Positions 9,572 to 21,449 are shown, counted from the first letter of the stretch. The stretch: 64,000 nt of DNA from a bacterium (GCA_023269085.1 JAHFML010000002.1:1266-65265); one strand, 5' to 3'. The notes: generated by a model from the letters alone, not told the origin. Numbers and translations: made by a program.

Positions 9572-10285
9572 CTATTTCACCCCGATGGAAGTAAGGAAGG
9601 TGGCGAGCTCGTCGCCCTCGATAGCCCGCCACTTGCCCGACTTCAAATCTTCGAGACGGATGTTGAGGATGCGGGTACGCTCGAGCTCGACGACGACATT
9701 GTGGAGCGCGGCGACCATGCGGCGGATCTGGTGCTTCTTGCCCTCGGTGAGGGTGATATTGAATGACCGCGGCCCCGTCTTGCGCACGAGGCATGGCCGT
9801 GTCATATAGCCCTCGATGTCGACGCCGCCCTCCATATACTTCTTGAAGCTCTCGCGAAGCGGCGTCTCCACGCGCACGCGATATTCCTTGTCATGAGCGT
9901 AGTCGGGGTTCAAGAGGCGATCGGTCACACGGCCGTCGTTGGTGAGGATCATGAGCCCGCTTGAATCCTTGTCGAGCCGCCCGATGGGGAAGACCTCGGA
10001 TAGCTCGGGCGCGAGCTTCACGCTCTGCTTCACATCCTTCTCGCCCTCTTGCGGCGAGTGCGTGATGACGCCGATGGGCTTGTTATAGGCGTAGTAGAGG
10101 AGCCTCTTGGGCGACGCCTTGCCGACCACCTCGACCTTGTCGGCCGCAAGCACCTTGTCGCCGAGCGCCGCAACGCGGCCATTCACGCGCACCGCGCCAC
10201 GCGCGATGATCTCGTCGGCGCCGCGCCGCGTGGCGAGCCCTTGGTGGGCGAGATACTTGTTGAGGCGCATCGGCCATGTGTCCAT
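9572..10285 (-). CDS. rRNA pseudouridine synthase (RsuA/RluB/RluF family) with S4 domain
   Basis: MRLNKYLA S4 domain, GRLDKDSSG, EGKKHQIRRM; true start MDTWP. Confidence 0.9.
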   Translation of the reverse strand: MDTWPMRLNKYLAHQGLATRRGADEIIARGAVRVNGRVAALGDKVLAADKVEVVGKASPKRLLYYAYNKPIGVITHSPQEGEKDVKQSVKLAPELSEVFPIGRLDKDSSGLMILTNDGRVTDRLLNPDYAHDKEYRVRVETPLRESFKKYMEGGVDIEGYMTRPCLVRKTGPRSFNITLTEGKKHQIRRMVAALHNVVVELERTRILNIRLEDLKSGKWRAIEGDELATFLTSIGVK

Positions 10286-10339
10286 AGGGGCACTATAGCG
10301 CGTTTTCCATTTTCTCCTAAAGTGCGGTACGGTGAGGCT

Positions 10340-11803
10340 ATGGCACGCGAAGAAAGTGTTATCCATTTTGAAGAAGTCTCGTTTGAATACGGGCACAACA
10401 AGCCTATTCTCGACGAGGTCGATTTCACCCTGCGCCGTGGGATGAAGATGGCGGTCATGGGCCAGAATGGCGCGGGGAAGTCGACCCTCTTCGCGCTCAT
10501 GACGGGCGCACTCACGCCAGAGAGCGGCGAGATCAACCGCTCGCACGGGATGAAGGTGGCGACCGCGGCGCAGGTGATCCCGCGCGAGAAGATGGCGCTC
10601 ACGGTGCGCGACTTCTTCTCCTCCTATTTCGATACAAAGGTGTATGACATCGACCCGAAGATAGACGCCGTGCTCGAGGTGGTCAATCTCGTCGGGCACG
10701 AGAAGTTGCACGACCGGCTCGTGCAGAGCTTCTCGGGCGGGCAACAGGCACGGCTCCTCCTCGCCTCGGCTTTGATCCAAGACCCTGACCTCCTCCTCCT
10801 CGACGAGCCGACCAACAATCTTGACACCTCCGGCATCGCGCATCTCACGAAGTTCCTCGTCGACTACGACAAGACCGTCGTCGTTATCTCGCATGATGCC
10901 GAATTCTTAAACGCTTTCACCACGGGCGTGCTCTATCTCGATGTCTTCACGCGGAAGGTCGAGCAGTATCCGGGCAACTATACCGATGTAGAGCGCGATA
11001 TCCTGATCCGTATTGAAAAAGAAAATCGCAAGAACGCCCAGCTCGCAAAGAAGATTCAGGATAATAAAGACAAAGCGAACTTCTTTGCGCAGAAGGGCGG
11101 CAAGATGCGTCTCGTCGCCAAGAAGATGCGCACCGAGGTTGAAGAGATGGAGGAGGCCAAGGTCGATGTGCGGAAGGAGGACAAAGTCATTCGGCCGTTC
11201 ATTATTCCCGCGCAAGCGGAGCTGAGCGGCACGGTTTTTTCTCTCACCTCCTACACCGTGCTCGGTGCGAAGGGGAAGCCGATCGAGAAGAAGGCGAATA
11301 TCAATTTGCGCAAGAATAATCACCTGCTCCTGCGCGGGCCGAACGGCATCGGCAAGAGCACCCTGCTCGAAGCGATCGCTCGTGGCACTGCCCAAGGCGC
11401 GACGCTCACCGAAGGCGTGAAGGTCGGCTACTATCGCCAAGACTTCTCGACGCTCGACTTCGGCGCGACCGTCTTTGATGCACTTATGAAGGTGATGGGC
11501 CAGCCGGACGAGAAGCGCTTACGCTCGGTCGCGGCGAGCTTCCTCATCACGGGCGACGTGATCGGCACCAAGATCGGGAGCCTTTCAGAAGGGCAGAAGG
11601 GGCTCGTCGCCTTCGCCTCCTTGGTGCTCGAGCGGCCGGGGCTCCTTATCCTCGACGAGCCGACCAACCATATCAACTTCCGCCACTTGCCCGTCATCGC
11701 GAAGGCGCTTTCCGAATTCGAAGGCGCGATGATTCTGGTCTCCCACGTCCCCGAATTCGTCTCCCAGATCCGCATCGACGACATTTTGGATTTGGAGAAG
11801 TAA
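10340..11803 (+). CDS. ABC-F family ATPase
   Basis: Two ABC domains (GQNGAGKST, LDEPTN twice), no TM segments, inter-domain linker. Confidence 0.9.
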   Translation: MAREESVIHFEEVSFEYGHNKPILDEVDFTLRRGMKMAVMGQNGAGKSTLFALMTGALTPESGEINRSHGMKVATAAQVIPREKMALTVRDFFSSYFDTKVYDIDPKIDAVLEVVNLVGHEKLHDRLVQSFSGGQQARLLLASALIQDPDLLLLDEPTNNLDTSGIAHLTKFLVDYDKTVVVISHDAEFLNAFTTGVLYLDVFTRKVEQYPGNYTDVERDILIRIEKENRKNAQLAKKIQDNKDKANFFAQKGGKMRLVAKKMRTEVEEMEEAKVDVRKEDKVIRPFIIPAQAELSGTVFSLTSYTVLGAKGKPIEKKANINLRKNNHLLLRGPNGIGKSTLLEAIARGTAQGATLTEGVKVGYYRQDFSTLDFGATVFDALMKVMGQPDEKRLRSVAASFLITGDVIGTKIGSLSEGQKGLVAFASLVLERPGLLILDEPTNHINFRHLPVIAKALSEFEGAMILVSHVPEFVSQIRIDDILDLEK

Positions 11804-11828
11804 ATTTCTCTATTAAATTACTATAATC

Positions 11829-12377
11829 ATGTCTGTAAAAATAACCTATTTCGTTCACGGTACTACGACAGACAACGAGAAGAATATTTCTTCGGGCTGG
11901 AAGGATGTTGAATTGTCTGAACTTGGCGTACAGCAATCTGTCGATTTGAAGAAGGAAACGGAAGACAAGGAATTCGATGTTGTTTTTTGCTCTGATCTAC
12001 AGCGTGCTCACAACTCAGCAAAACTCACATGGGAAGGCATCTATCAGATTATCCCGGATATGCGTCTCCGTGAATGCAATTATGGTGCACTGAATGGTGC
12101 CTCGTCAGATATTGTCGAGCCAATGCAGGAAGATGAGAGTGTCACAAAACCCTTTCCTGAAGGTGAAAGCTATGAGGACGTAAAGACTCGCGTTGCAGAT
12201 TTCCTCGTGTTTCTAAAGCAGAACTACGATGGTAAACATATCGCTATCGTTGCACATAAAGCACCACAACTCTCACTCGAAGTGCTTCTTAATGGTAAAA
12301 CGTGGAAACAGGCACTTGCCGAAGATTGGCGGAAAGAGAAGATGTGGCTCCCTGGTTGGGAGTATGAACTAAGATAG
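11829..12377 (+). CDS. histidine phosphatase (phosphoglycerate mutase) family protein
   Basis: VHG, SDLQRA, LRECNYG, GES and VAH motifs. Confidence 0.85.
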   Translation: MSVKITYFVHGTTTDNEKNISSGWKDVELSELGVQQSVDLKKETEDKEFDVVFCSDLQRAHNSAKLTWEGIYQIIPDMRLRECNYGALNGASSDIVEPMQEDESVTKPFPEGESYEDVKTRVADFLVFLKQNYDGKHIAIVAHKAPQLSLEVLLNGKTWKQALAEDWRKEKMWLPGWEYELR

Positions 12378-12395
12378 TTGTGGTATAATCGTGAT

Positions 12396-12623
12396 ATGAA
12401 AAGCATCATCCAATTTCAAATCTCTGAAAGCGATGGGGGGTATGTTGCCGAGGGCATCGGCGTGCCGATTGTGACGCAAGGCGATACCCTTGATGAACTT
12501 ACCGCGAATATTCGCGAAGCGGTCGAGTTGTATGTCGAGGACGAAGATCTCGTTGAGCTTGGTCTTGTAAAATCTCCGTCGGTGCTGGTCAATTTCGAAC
12601 TTCCGGCGCTCGCACATGCCTAA
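12396..12623 (+). CDS. hicB: HicB-like antitoxin
   Basis: DGGYVA...TQGDTLDE...NIREAVELY; TATAAT 6 nt upstream. Confidence 0.8.
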   Translation: MKSIIQFQISESDGGYVAEGIGVPIVTQGDTLDELTANIREAVELYVEDEDLVELGLVKSPSVLVNFELPALAHA

Positions 12624-12858
12624 ACCGAGAAGATTATCAGGAGCAGATATTATAAAGATCTTTGAGGAGTTTGGTTTTACTATCAAAAATCAGCGGGGAA
12701 GCCATATAAAACTCACGCGCAGTTGTCTCGGCACTACGCAAGCGTTACTCGTCTCGAATCACAAAGAGCTAAAGACGGGTGCAATCGTCGGTATATTCAA
12801 ACAAGCATTGCAATACATCCCAGAACCTGATCTTCGCAGTCATTTCTATTCAGAATGA
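12616..12858 (+). CDS. hicA: HicA-family toxin
   Basis: GF....QRGSHIKL...V..H.EL..G....I.KQA; overlaps hicB. Confidence 0.85.
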   Translation: MPKPRRLSGADIIKIFEEFGFTIKNQRGSHIKLTRSCLGTTQALLVSNHKELKTGAIVGIFKQALQYIPEPDLRSHFYSE

Positions 12859-12878
12859 AATTGCGCTTTGTGTGCAAC

Positions 12879-12918
12879 CGCGTACCAAATCGCTCCTATA
12901 GGAGCGATTTGGTACGCG
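12879..12918. repeat. 40-bp perfect palindrome
   Basis: CGCGTACCAAATCGCTCCTA|TAGGAGCGATTTGGTACGCG. Confidence 0.9.
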
Positions 12919-13025
12919 CATTGCGGACATAAGTCTGTCGCCCAGATCCGCATCGACGACATTTTGGATTTGGAGAAGTAGAGTCTCCATGTCGACCCAA
13001 AGGTAAGCGCTTGCTTAGTATGAAG

Positions 13026-13409
13026 CTATTCGCCAGAAGGAATATTCGATAAGCTATCTCGAATTCTTTTTTGGAAGACGGGAGTGTTCAATTTCTCAAG
13101 GAGAAGCCGCATGTCTTCTTTATTGAGAGGAAGGGTTTCGTCAAGTGGCTTGAGAAGCTCGTCGAGTTTTTCTAAAATCGGTGTCACAGTCTCTTTATCC
13201 ATTTCTTTTAAATCACTTCCAGCAAGGCCGAGCCGCTCAAGAAGTTTCCAAGCACCCACTCGATTTTCGTCTGCAGTGCGCGAAACCATTTCAACATATG
13301 TACGAATCAATCCAGTCGTTTGACTAACACGCTCGTCGAGTGATTTCTCAACATTCATTTCGATCCCTCCTTTGTTCGCTGGCTTAGAATCAAGATTTTC
13401 AATTCCCAT
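13026..13409 (-). CDS. hypothetical helical protein
   Basis: 127-aa low-GC ORF between ABC-F end copies 2 and 3. Confidence 0.6.
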   Translation of the reverse strand: MGIENLDSKPANKGGIEMNVEKSLDERVSQTTGLIRTYVEMVSRTADENRVGAWKLLERLGLAGSDLKEMDKETVTPILEKLDELLKPLDETLPLNKEDMRLLLEKLNTPVFQKRIRDSLSNIPSGE

Positions 13410-13578
13410 ATAATTTGTTTATTTCTTGTAAGACACGAATCCGCACATATACTAGCATAATCCTAACCGTTCCTAATCAAAAAGAACTCGATCGGGGAAC
13501 AATCTCCCAAATCCGCATCGACGACATTCTTGATTTGGAGAAGTAAGGTGGAAATAGTGCGCTATAGTAGGGCTATCT

Positions 13579-14955
13579 ATGAACCACACCACTTTCGAGC
13601 ACGAGGTTGAAGAAGCCTTTGAAGCGCCAGCGAAGGTGCTCGCAGGGGGCGTCGAGTTTGTCGAGCGAGAAGAGCAGAAGCTCGCCGAGGAGCCGATCGT
13701 CAAGGGTGCAGGGAGATATTGGAAGACGCTCGGGCCCGGCCTCACCACCGGCGCGGCCGACGACGACCCCTCGGGCATCGCGACCTACTCGCAGGCGGGC
13801 GCGAGCTACGGGCTCCAGCTCATCTGGCTCTCGCTCTTCACCTACCCATTCATGGCGACGGTGCAGGAGATGTGCGCGCGCATCGGCATCGTGTCGGGGC
13901 AAGGGCTCGCCGCGAATATCAAGAAGCACTACCCGGCGTGGGCGCTCTATGGCGCGGTCGGCCTCCTCTTCTTCGCGAATACGCTCAACATCGCCGCCGA
14001 CCTGAACGCGATGGCCGCCGCCGCACAATTGCTCGCGCCGAATATCGGCCTCGATCTCCTCGTCATCTTCTTCGCGCTCGTGAGCCTCGCCCTCCAGATA
14101 TTCATCCCGTATGCGCGCTATGCGAATTATTTGAAATATCTCACCTTCTCGCTCTTCTCGTATGCCATCGTTGCGCTCTTGGTACATCTCGACTGGGGCG
14201 CAGTCATCTATCACACCCTCGTCCCCTCGCTCTCCTTCTCGGCCGATCAGCTCTTCCTCGTGTGCGCGGTGCTCGGGACGACCATCTCGCCCTACCTCTT
14301 CTTCTGGCAATCGTCGCAGGAGGTCGAAGAGGATGTGAAGCGCGGCGAAACCTCGGTCGCGAGTCGTCAGGCACACGCGACGCCGCACGCGCTCCGCCGG
14401 ATGCGCGTCGATGTGTGGAGCGGTATGGCATTCTCCAATCTCGTCTCTTTCTTCATCTTCGCCGCGTGCGCGGGGACGCTCCATGCGCATGGCATCACCA
14501 ACATCGCGACGGCCGACCAGGCCGCGCTCGCTCTCAAACCTTTCGGCGATTTCGCCTTTCTCCTCTTCGCGCTCGGCATCCTCGGGACCGGGCTTCTCGC
14601 GATACCGGTCTTCGCGGGATCGACCGCGTATGCCTTCTCTGAGAGCTTCGGCTGGAAGGAAGGGTTGTATAGGAAGTTGAAGCAGGCCTACGCATTCTAC
14701 GGTGTCATCATCGTTTCGACCTTGCTCGGCATCATCGCGGTCTTCGCGCATCTCGACCCTATCAAGGGGCTCATTTATGCCGCGGTCGCGAATGGCGTCA
14801 TCGCGCCGATCCTCCTCGTCTTCGTCGTGCGGCTCTCGGGCAACAAACGCATCATGGGCGCTCATGCGAGTCGCCCACTCGCCGCCGCTCTCGGCTGGGC
14901 GACGATCCTCATCATGGCCGTCTCCGGTGTCGCCGCGCTGGTGACGCTGGGTTGA
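13579..14955 (+). CDS. NRAMP-family divalent metal transporter
   Basis: GPGL..GAADDDPSGIATYSQAGA and GTTISPY motifs, ~11 TM helices. Confidence 0.9.
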   Translation: MNHTTFEHEVEEAFEAPAKVLAGGVEFVEREEQKLAEEPIVKGAGRYWKTLGPGLTTGAADDDPSGIATYSQAGASYGLQLIWLSLFTYPFMATVQEMCARIGIVSGQGLAANIKKHYPAWALYGAVGLLFFANTLNIAADLNAMAAAAQLLAPNIGLDLLVIFFALVSLALQIFIPYARYANYLKYLTFSLFSYAIVALLVHLDWGAVIYHTLVPSLSFSADQLFLVCAVLGTTISPYLFFWQSSQEVEEDVKRGETSVASRQAHATPHALRRMRVDVWSGMAFSNLVSFFIFAACAGTLHAHGITNIATADQAALALKPFGDFAFLLFALGILGTGLLAIPVFAGSTAYAFSESFGWKEGLYRKLKQAYAFYGVIIVSTLLGIIAVFAHLDPIKGLIYAAVANGVIAPILLVFVVRLSGNKRIMGAHASRPLAAALGWATILIMAVSGVAALVTLG

Positions 14956-14973
14956 TGCAACACCATGATTGAA

Positions 14974-15066
14974 ACAAAAAATCCGCCAGAGGCGGATTTT
15001 TTGTGGGCGTTTGGCTACAGCGACTTCTCTCCGAGACAAACAAAACGCGCCGGCAAGCCGGCGCGG
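14974..15066. repeat. two hairpins (ACAAAAAATCCGCC-aga-GGCGGATTTTTTGT; CGCGCCGGC-aa-GCCGGCGCG), terminator- or MITE-like
   Basis: Inverted repeats seen directly. Confidence 0.65.
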
Positions 15067-15088
15067 TGAAGCAGATGGAAGTGAAGGA

Positions 15089-15589
15089 TCAGTCGACGTA
15101 ATCCACACCGGAGTTAGCATCGCGCCACGCGAGATAATTTCCGTGAGCGATGGCGATACACGCGTCGGCGACCATGCTGGAGAGCATTCGGTCGTAATGT
15201 GATGCCAGACCCGAACAGGCCACGACGATGCCGTCTCGTTTGACGCCACCCCAATAGGGCGTGTCGCCCCGCAAGAGCAAATGCGGCACTGAGTTCGGGC
15301 CACCAAAGTTCCGGTCGTCCCAGAGCTGTAATGCTTTGCATTCGGCCAAGTCTTGGTAAAGGGCTTGCTTCGGCACAAGGGCGTCGCCGTTGGTGTATCG
15401 TGCAAACACGAACGGCACGATCTCGTGCGCAGGATAGGAACCCATCTTTTTCATTTCGGGCACGAGCATCAGTACGTGCATGTCAGGATTCCCCAGCGAG
15501 AACGTATCGAACACGAACTTCGCAATGTCCGCCATGAGGCGGCAGACAGTGGCTTGTTCAAGAAAAGCAGGGGTGATGGATTCGGGCAT
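15089..15589 (-). CDS. hypothetical protein, weak GlcG/HbpS-like C-terminus
   Basis: WGGV..DGIVVACSG....D motif; SD GGAGG upstream of MPES. Confidence 0.55.
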   Translation of the reverse strand: MPESITPAFLEQATVCRLMADIAKFVFDTFSLGNPDMHVLMLVPEMKKMGSYPAHEIVPFVFARYTNGDALVPKQALYQDLAECKALQLWDDRNFGGPNSVPHLLLRGDTPYWGGVKRDGIVVACSGLASHYDRMLSSMVADACIAIAHGNYLAWRDANSGVDYVD

Positions 15590-15735
15590 GGAAGCCTCCC
15601 TCAAGTTTTGGAACGGATTGTCCGGTGAGAGTAAAGCACGAGGTTTGTGGTGCGTCAATCGGCGTAGCGATCATCATGGCCATCTCCGGCGTCGCCGCGC
15701 TCGCGACGCTGGGGTGAGAGCTGATTGCGGCTACT

Positions 15736-16680
15736 TTAATCGTGGTAAATAAATGTCGGGGTCATTGTGCCATCTGGATTTATTACGCCAACAGCAACGA
15801 CAATATCTCCCGTATGCAAGTCGGAAAAGGTAATAGATTTCCCGCGCGCGTCTTGTATCTGAGTAGTTGATGCCGTAAAGACTCCAAGGAGCTCTTTGTT
15901 TTCAGTGAGTATATAGATACCCTCCACTGGTTTAGTTACTCTCGTCTGTATTGTCCCTATAGCCGATTTCGTGGTGGCTGTTGATATTTGTCGTGATGGA
16001 GATGCTATATTCTGTTGCGATGCTATCGTTGTGGGTGCTGGTGCTCCTATCGAGGACTGTGGTATCGGAGCGGACACATGAGGAACAAGGAAGATGATGT
16101 AGAAGATCGCGCTGATAGCGAAAGTTATGAGCATAACCTGAAGCAAGAAGAATGCGCCCACTAGGATAACAAATATCTGCTCAAAGATATTTAGGTGTAT
16201 ATCCCAACCACGCTTCTTTGTCATATGGTAGACGAAGTAGTATGCAAGAGGGGGTGAGAAGAAACAAACAGCGGTGAGCAAGACACTGCCTTTTCCTATC
16301 ATGAAAAGGGTCAATGCCCAGACGCCTCTCATGATTGCGATGCCGAAGAGGATGCCAATGGGGAATAAGAAGAATATTATAAATGGTATGTGAAGTTTTC
16401 CGATGAAACCAATCAGCATCAATGGCAGCATGTTCTTCCAAAAGATGCCTCGAAACTCTCCCCATGCAAGTTGGCGAGTGACCGATTCGGGTCTCTGGGG
16501 TGATGCAATAGGAGATGAAATATTCATTGTTCCAGCAGTACCGCTCTCGAGAGAGGTGAATGCTTCGTCGATTGTGGCTTGAGTGTGACCAGATTTCAGC
16601 AAGGTCTCAATTATTTGCTCTTTTGTTTGACCCTGATTGAGCTCGTTCCTGATAAAATTTAAGAGTCCTAAATCGGCCAT
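15736..16680 (-). CDS. hypothetical membrane protein with C-terminal extracellular domain
   Basis: N-terminal helical L..G.....I...L..SG domain, 4-5 TM helices, P/T-rich linker. Confidence 0.65.
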   Translation of the reverse strand: MADLGLLNFIRNELNQGQTKEQIIETLLKSGHTQATIDEAFTSLESGTAGTMNISSPIASPQRPESVTRQLAWGEFRGIFWKNMLPLMLIGFIGKLHIPFIIFFLFPIGILFGIAIMRGVWALTLFMIGKGSVLLTAVCFFSPPLAYYFVYHMTKKRGWDIHLNIFEQIFVILVGAFFLLQVMLITFAISAIFYIIFLVPHVSAPIPQSSIGAPAPTTIASQQNIASPSRQISTATTKSAIGTIQTRVTKPVEGIYILTENKELLGVFTASTTQIQDARGKSITFSDLHTGDIVVAVGVINPDGTMTPTFIYHD

Positions 16681-16800
16681 GAGAGTATGGTTATTGTTGG
16701 TTAATTACTTAATAAGTATATCACGAGCAAACGGGGTATCTTGCATTCGTGGCTGTTTATTATATAGTAGGAGCACCAGCCCACGGGCTATTTTTATTTT

Positions 16801-18603
16801 ATGGAAATTAGAAACATTGCTATCATCGCGCACGTTGACCACGGGAAGACCGCGCTCACGGACGCTATCCTCAAGCAGACAGGCGCCGCCGCCGAGGGCA
16901 CCTCAATGGACAGCAACGCGCTCGAGCGCGAGCGGGGCATCACTATCTATGCCAAGAACGCGGCGGTTGAATATAAAGGGACGAAAATAAATATCGTCGA
17001 CACGCCCGGGCACGCCGACTTCGGCAGTGAGGTCGAGCGCGTTCTCCGCTCTATCGACTCGGTCTTGCTCGTCGTCGATGCGCAGGAGGGGCCGATGCCG
17101 CAGACGCGCTTCGTGCTGAAGAAGTCGCTCGAGCTCGGGCTGAAGCCCATCGTCGTTATCAACAAGGTCGACAAGCCGGCTGCCGACCCGGCGCGCACCG
17201 AAGAGCAGGTGCTTGAGCTCTTCCTCGAGCTCGGCGCCTCTGACGAGCAGAGCGATTTCCCGGTTATCTATTCTATCGGGCGCGAAGGCCGCGCCGCGCG
17301 CAAGGTCGAAGATTTGAAGAATGATTCACCAGCAGGGAAGGATCTCGCGTCGCTTCTCGACCTTATACTTGAGAAGGTCCCGGCGGCCAACGCGACGGCC
17401 TCGGCCGAGGCGACCCTGCTCGCCCAGCCCTTCAACCTTGCCTACGACAACTTCCTTGGGCGCATGGCGGTGGTGCGCGTGTATCAGGGTACCGTGAAGC
17501 CGGCGCAGAATGTCTTTTTGAAAACGGTCTCGGGCGAGACAATTGCCGGCAAGACGACCAAGATCTTCACCTTCAAAGGGCTCGAACGCGTCGAGGCGAC
17601 CGAAGCGGTTGCGGGCGATATCGTCATGGTCGCGGGGCTCCCCGACATCTTTATCGGCGAGACGCTCACGACCGATGCGCAGGCGACACCGCTCCCTGCT
17701 ATCGCCGTCGACGAGCCGACTATCGAGCTCAACTTCCTCGTCAATAATTCACCCTTCGCCGGCCGCGAGGGGAAGTTCGTCACGAGTCGCCAGATTCGCG
17801 AGCGCCTCGAGAAGGAGCTCGAGGTCAATGTTGGCTTGCGGGTTGATTTCGCGAACTCAGATGCCTTCAAGGTCGCCGGCCGCGGCGAGCTCCACATCGC
17901 GGTCTTGCTCGAGAACATGCGTCGCGAGGGGTACGAGCTCCAAGTCTCTCAGCCGCGCGTCATCCTCCACGAGGAGGACGGCGTCAAGAAGGAGCCGTTT
18001 GAAGAAGCTATCATCGACATCCCGTCTGAGTTCCAGGGTGCGGTTATTGAGAAGCTCGGTCAACGCGCCTTCATCCTCCAGAACATGACCCAGCATGAGA
18101 ACCTCGTGCGCCTCACGATGCACGGGCCCACGCGCGGGCTCCTCGGCTACAAAAACATTTTCGTCGTCGACACGCGCGGCGAGGGCATCCTCTCCTCGCG
18201 CTTCGTCGGCTTCGAGCCGTATGCGGGCGAGATCAAGAAGCGCGTCGTCGGTTCGATGATCTCGATGGCGAGCGGCAAGGTGCTCGGCTATTCGCTCTGG
18301 TACTTGCAGGATCGCGGGGTGCTCTATATTAAGCCCGCGACTGAGGTCTATGAGGGTATGGTTATCGGCAACACGAGCAAGGGCGAAGAGATGATGGTGA
18401 ACCCGACCAAAGGGAAGAATCAGTCGAACGTCCGCTCCTCGGGCAACGACGAGGCGATTATCCTCTTCCCGGCATTCGATATCACGATCGAGCGCGGGCT
18501 CGAGGTTATGGTCGAAGACGAATATTTGGAAATCACGCCCAAGAGCGTCCGCCTGCGCAAGCAGTACCTGACCGAGAACGACCGCGCGAAGAGCCGACGG
18601 TAA
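16801..18603 (+). CDS. typA: translational GTPase TypA/BipA
   Basis: [35 protein letters not shown] and [11 protein letters not shown] motifs. Confidence 0.96.
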   Translation: MEIRNIAIIAHVDHGKTALTDAILKQTGAAAEGTSMDSNALERERGITIYAKNAAVEYKGTKINIVDTPGHADFGSEVERVLRSIDSVLLVVDAQEGPMPQTRFVLKKSLELGLKPIVVINKVDKPAADPARTEEQVLELFLELGASDEQSDFPVIYSIGREGRAARKVEDLKNDSPAGKDLASLLDLILEKVPAANATASAEATLLAQPFNLAYDNFLGRMAVVRVYQGTVKPAQNVFLKTVSGETIAGKTTKIFTFKGLERVEATEAVAGDIVMVAGLPDIFIGETLTTDAQATPLPAIAVDEPTIELNFLVNNSPFAGREGKFVTSRQIRERLEKELEVNVGLRVDFANSDAFKVAGRGELHIAVLLENMRREGYELQVSQPRVILHEEDGVKKEPFEEAIIDIPSEFQGAVIEKLGQRAFILQNMTQHENLVRLTMHGPTRGLLGYKNIFVVDTRGEGILSSRFVGFEPYAGEIKKRVVGSMISMASGKVLGYSLWYLQDRGVLYIKPATEVYEGMVIGNTSKGEEMMVNPTKGKNQSNVRSSGNDEAIILFPAFDITIERGLEVMVEDEYLEITPKSVRLRKQYLTENDRAKSRR

Positions 18604-18610
18604 AGACAAA

Positions 18611-18650
18611 CAACGCAAAAGGCCGCTCTCTCGAGCGGCCGTTTGCGTTG
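18611..18650. terminator. bidirectional hairpin between typA and ssrA
   Basis: CAACGCAAA.GGCCGCTC...GAGCGGCC.TTTGCGTTG. Confidence 0.7.
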
Positions 18651-18651
18651 T

Positions 18652-19059
18652 TGGTGGAGGTGCGGGGAATTGGACCCCGGTCCGAATCTGGCACTGAAAG
18701 CGCATCTACGACGCATAGTCCTGATTAAGGTTTGATAGTGGGTGCGAAGAATCAGAACGAAATCACGCCACTACGATCCCTTATTTAGCTATTCTTGGCG
18801 GGAGACAAGAAAGCGATTCTTCAGAAGATTCCACCCACCCGTCCGACTGAAGAAACTCGGACGGGTGAATGTCGCCTGGCGAAGTGCGGTTAGGCAGTCG
18901 CGAAGGCGAACGCGAAATCAGACATACCGTAGTACGGAGACTTCACGCTTGCAAGAGTGTTCTTGGCAAGTTTGGTTGCTCGCTAGATTAGCGTGGTAGG
19001 CGAGCGGGCACGGCGTCGCGCGGATTTCAAGGTACAGACCGTCAAAGCCGGTCACCCCC
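18652..19059 (-). ncRNA. ssrA: tmRNA; tag AKNTLASVKSPYYGMSDFAFAFATA* at 18890-18967
   Basis: 5' GGGGGTG pairs with CACCTCC-ACCA (G3:U); T-arm; adjacent to smpB. Confidence 0.93.
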
Positions 19060-19495
19060 GTTTTAAAATTCTGGCAGTCTCGCGTGCGGCATCGCGCTTC
19101 TTCAAGTCTTCGCGGCGATCTTCTTTCCCCTTACCGCGGACGATAGCGACGCGCGCCTTCACGAGCCTGCCCGCAGTATAGACCTCAAGGGGGATGATTG
19201 TCAACCCTTTCTTCGCTTCTTCGGTGGCGAGATACGCGATTTCTTTCTTCGCTAAGAGGAGTCGCCGCGCACGCTCGGGGTCGTAGCTCTTCTTAGTGTT
19301 CGCCGCCTGGTAGGGCGGTATCGTCATGCCGACGATGAACGCCTCGCCGCCGCGAATAATCACGCGCGCGCCATCGAGCGAGCCCTGCTTGACGCGCAGG
19401 GCCTTGACCTCGCTCCCCACGAGCTCGAGCCCAGCCGAGAAGGTCTCGACCGGCGCGAATCGCAGGTGCGCTTTCTTGTAGTCGACGAGTTGCAT
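19052..19495 (-). CDS. smpB: SsrA-binding protein
   Basis: AGLEL.GSEVKAL, R.RRLLL.KKEI, GLTIIPL and D.R..LKKRD motifs. Confidence 0.95.
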   Translation of the reverse strand: MQLVDYKKAHLRFAPVETFSAGLELVGSEVKALRVKQGSLDGARVIIRGGEAFIVGMTIPPYQAANTKKSYDPERARRLLLAKKEIAYLATEEAKKGLTIIPLEVYTAGRLVKARVAIVRGKGKEDRREDLKKRDAARETARILKRG

Positions 19496-19517
19496 AGCTA
19501 TAGAGTATAGTACTTTC
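19496..19517. promoter_or_regulatory. overlapping divergent -10 boxes for leaderless smpB and ftsH
   Basis: TATAGT-6nt-ATG on +; TATACT-8nt-ATG on -; 22-bp gap. Confidence 0.65.

Positions 19518-21448
<1,931 letters not shown>

Positions 21449-21449
<1 letters not shown>

Larger units (their letters stand above)
11759..13546 (+). repeat. three 45-bp direct repeats of the ABC-F 3' end (11759-11803, 12937-12981, 13502-13546)
   Basis: They encode VSQ/VAQ/ISQ-IRIDDILDLEK-stop. Confidence 0.93.
14909..15717 (+). repeat. 47-bp direct repeat of the NRAMP 3' end (14909-14955, 15671-15717)
   Basis: IMAVSGVAALVTLG* versus IMAISGVAALATLG*, 5 mismatches. Confidence 0.85.

Noticed and set aside
12866-12936. 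Integron attC site
   Set aside because: No RYYYAAC/GTTRRRY boxes or extrahelical bases, and no IntI.
17317-17345. Possible repeat-derived insert in typA (DSPAGKD)
   Set aside because: No clear palindrome at the DNA level, so it cannot be supported without an alignment.
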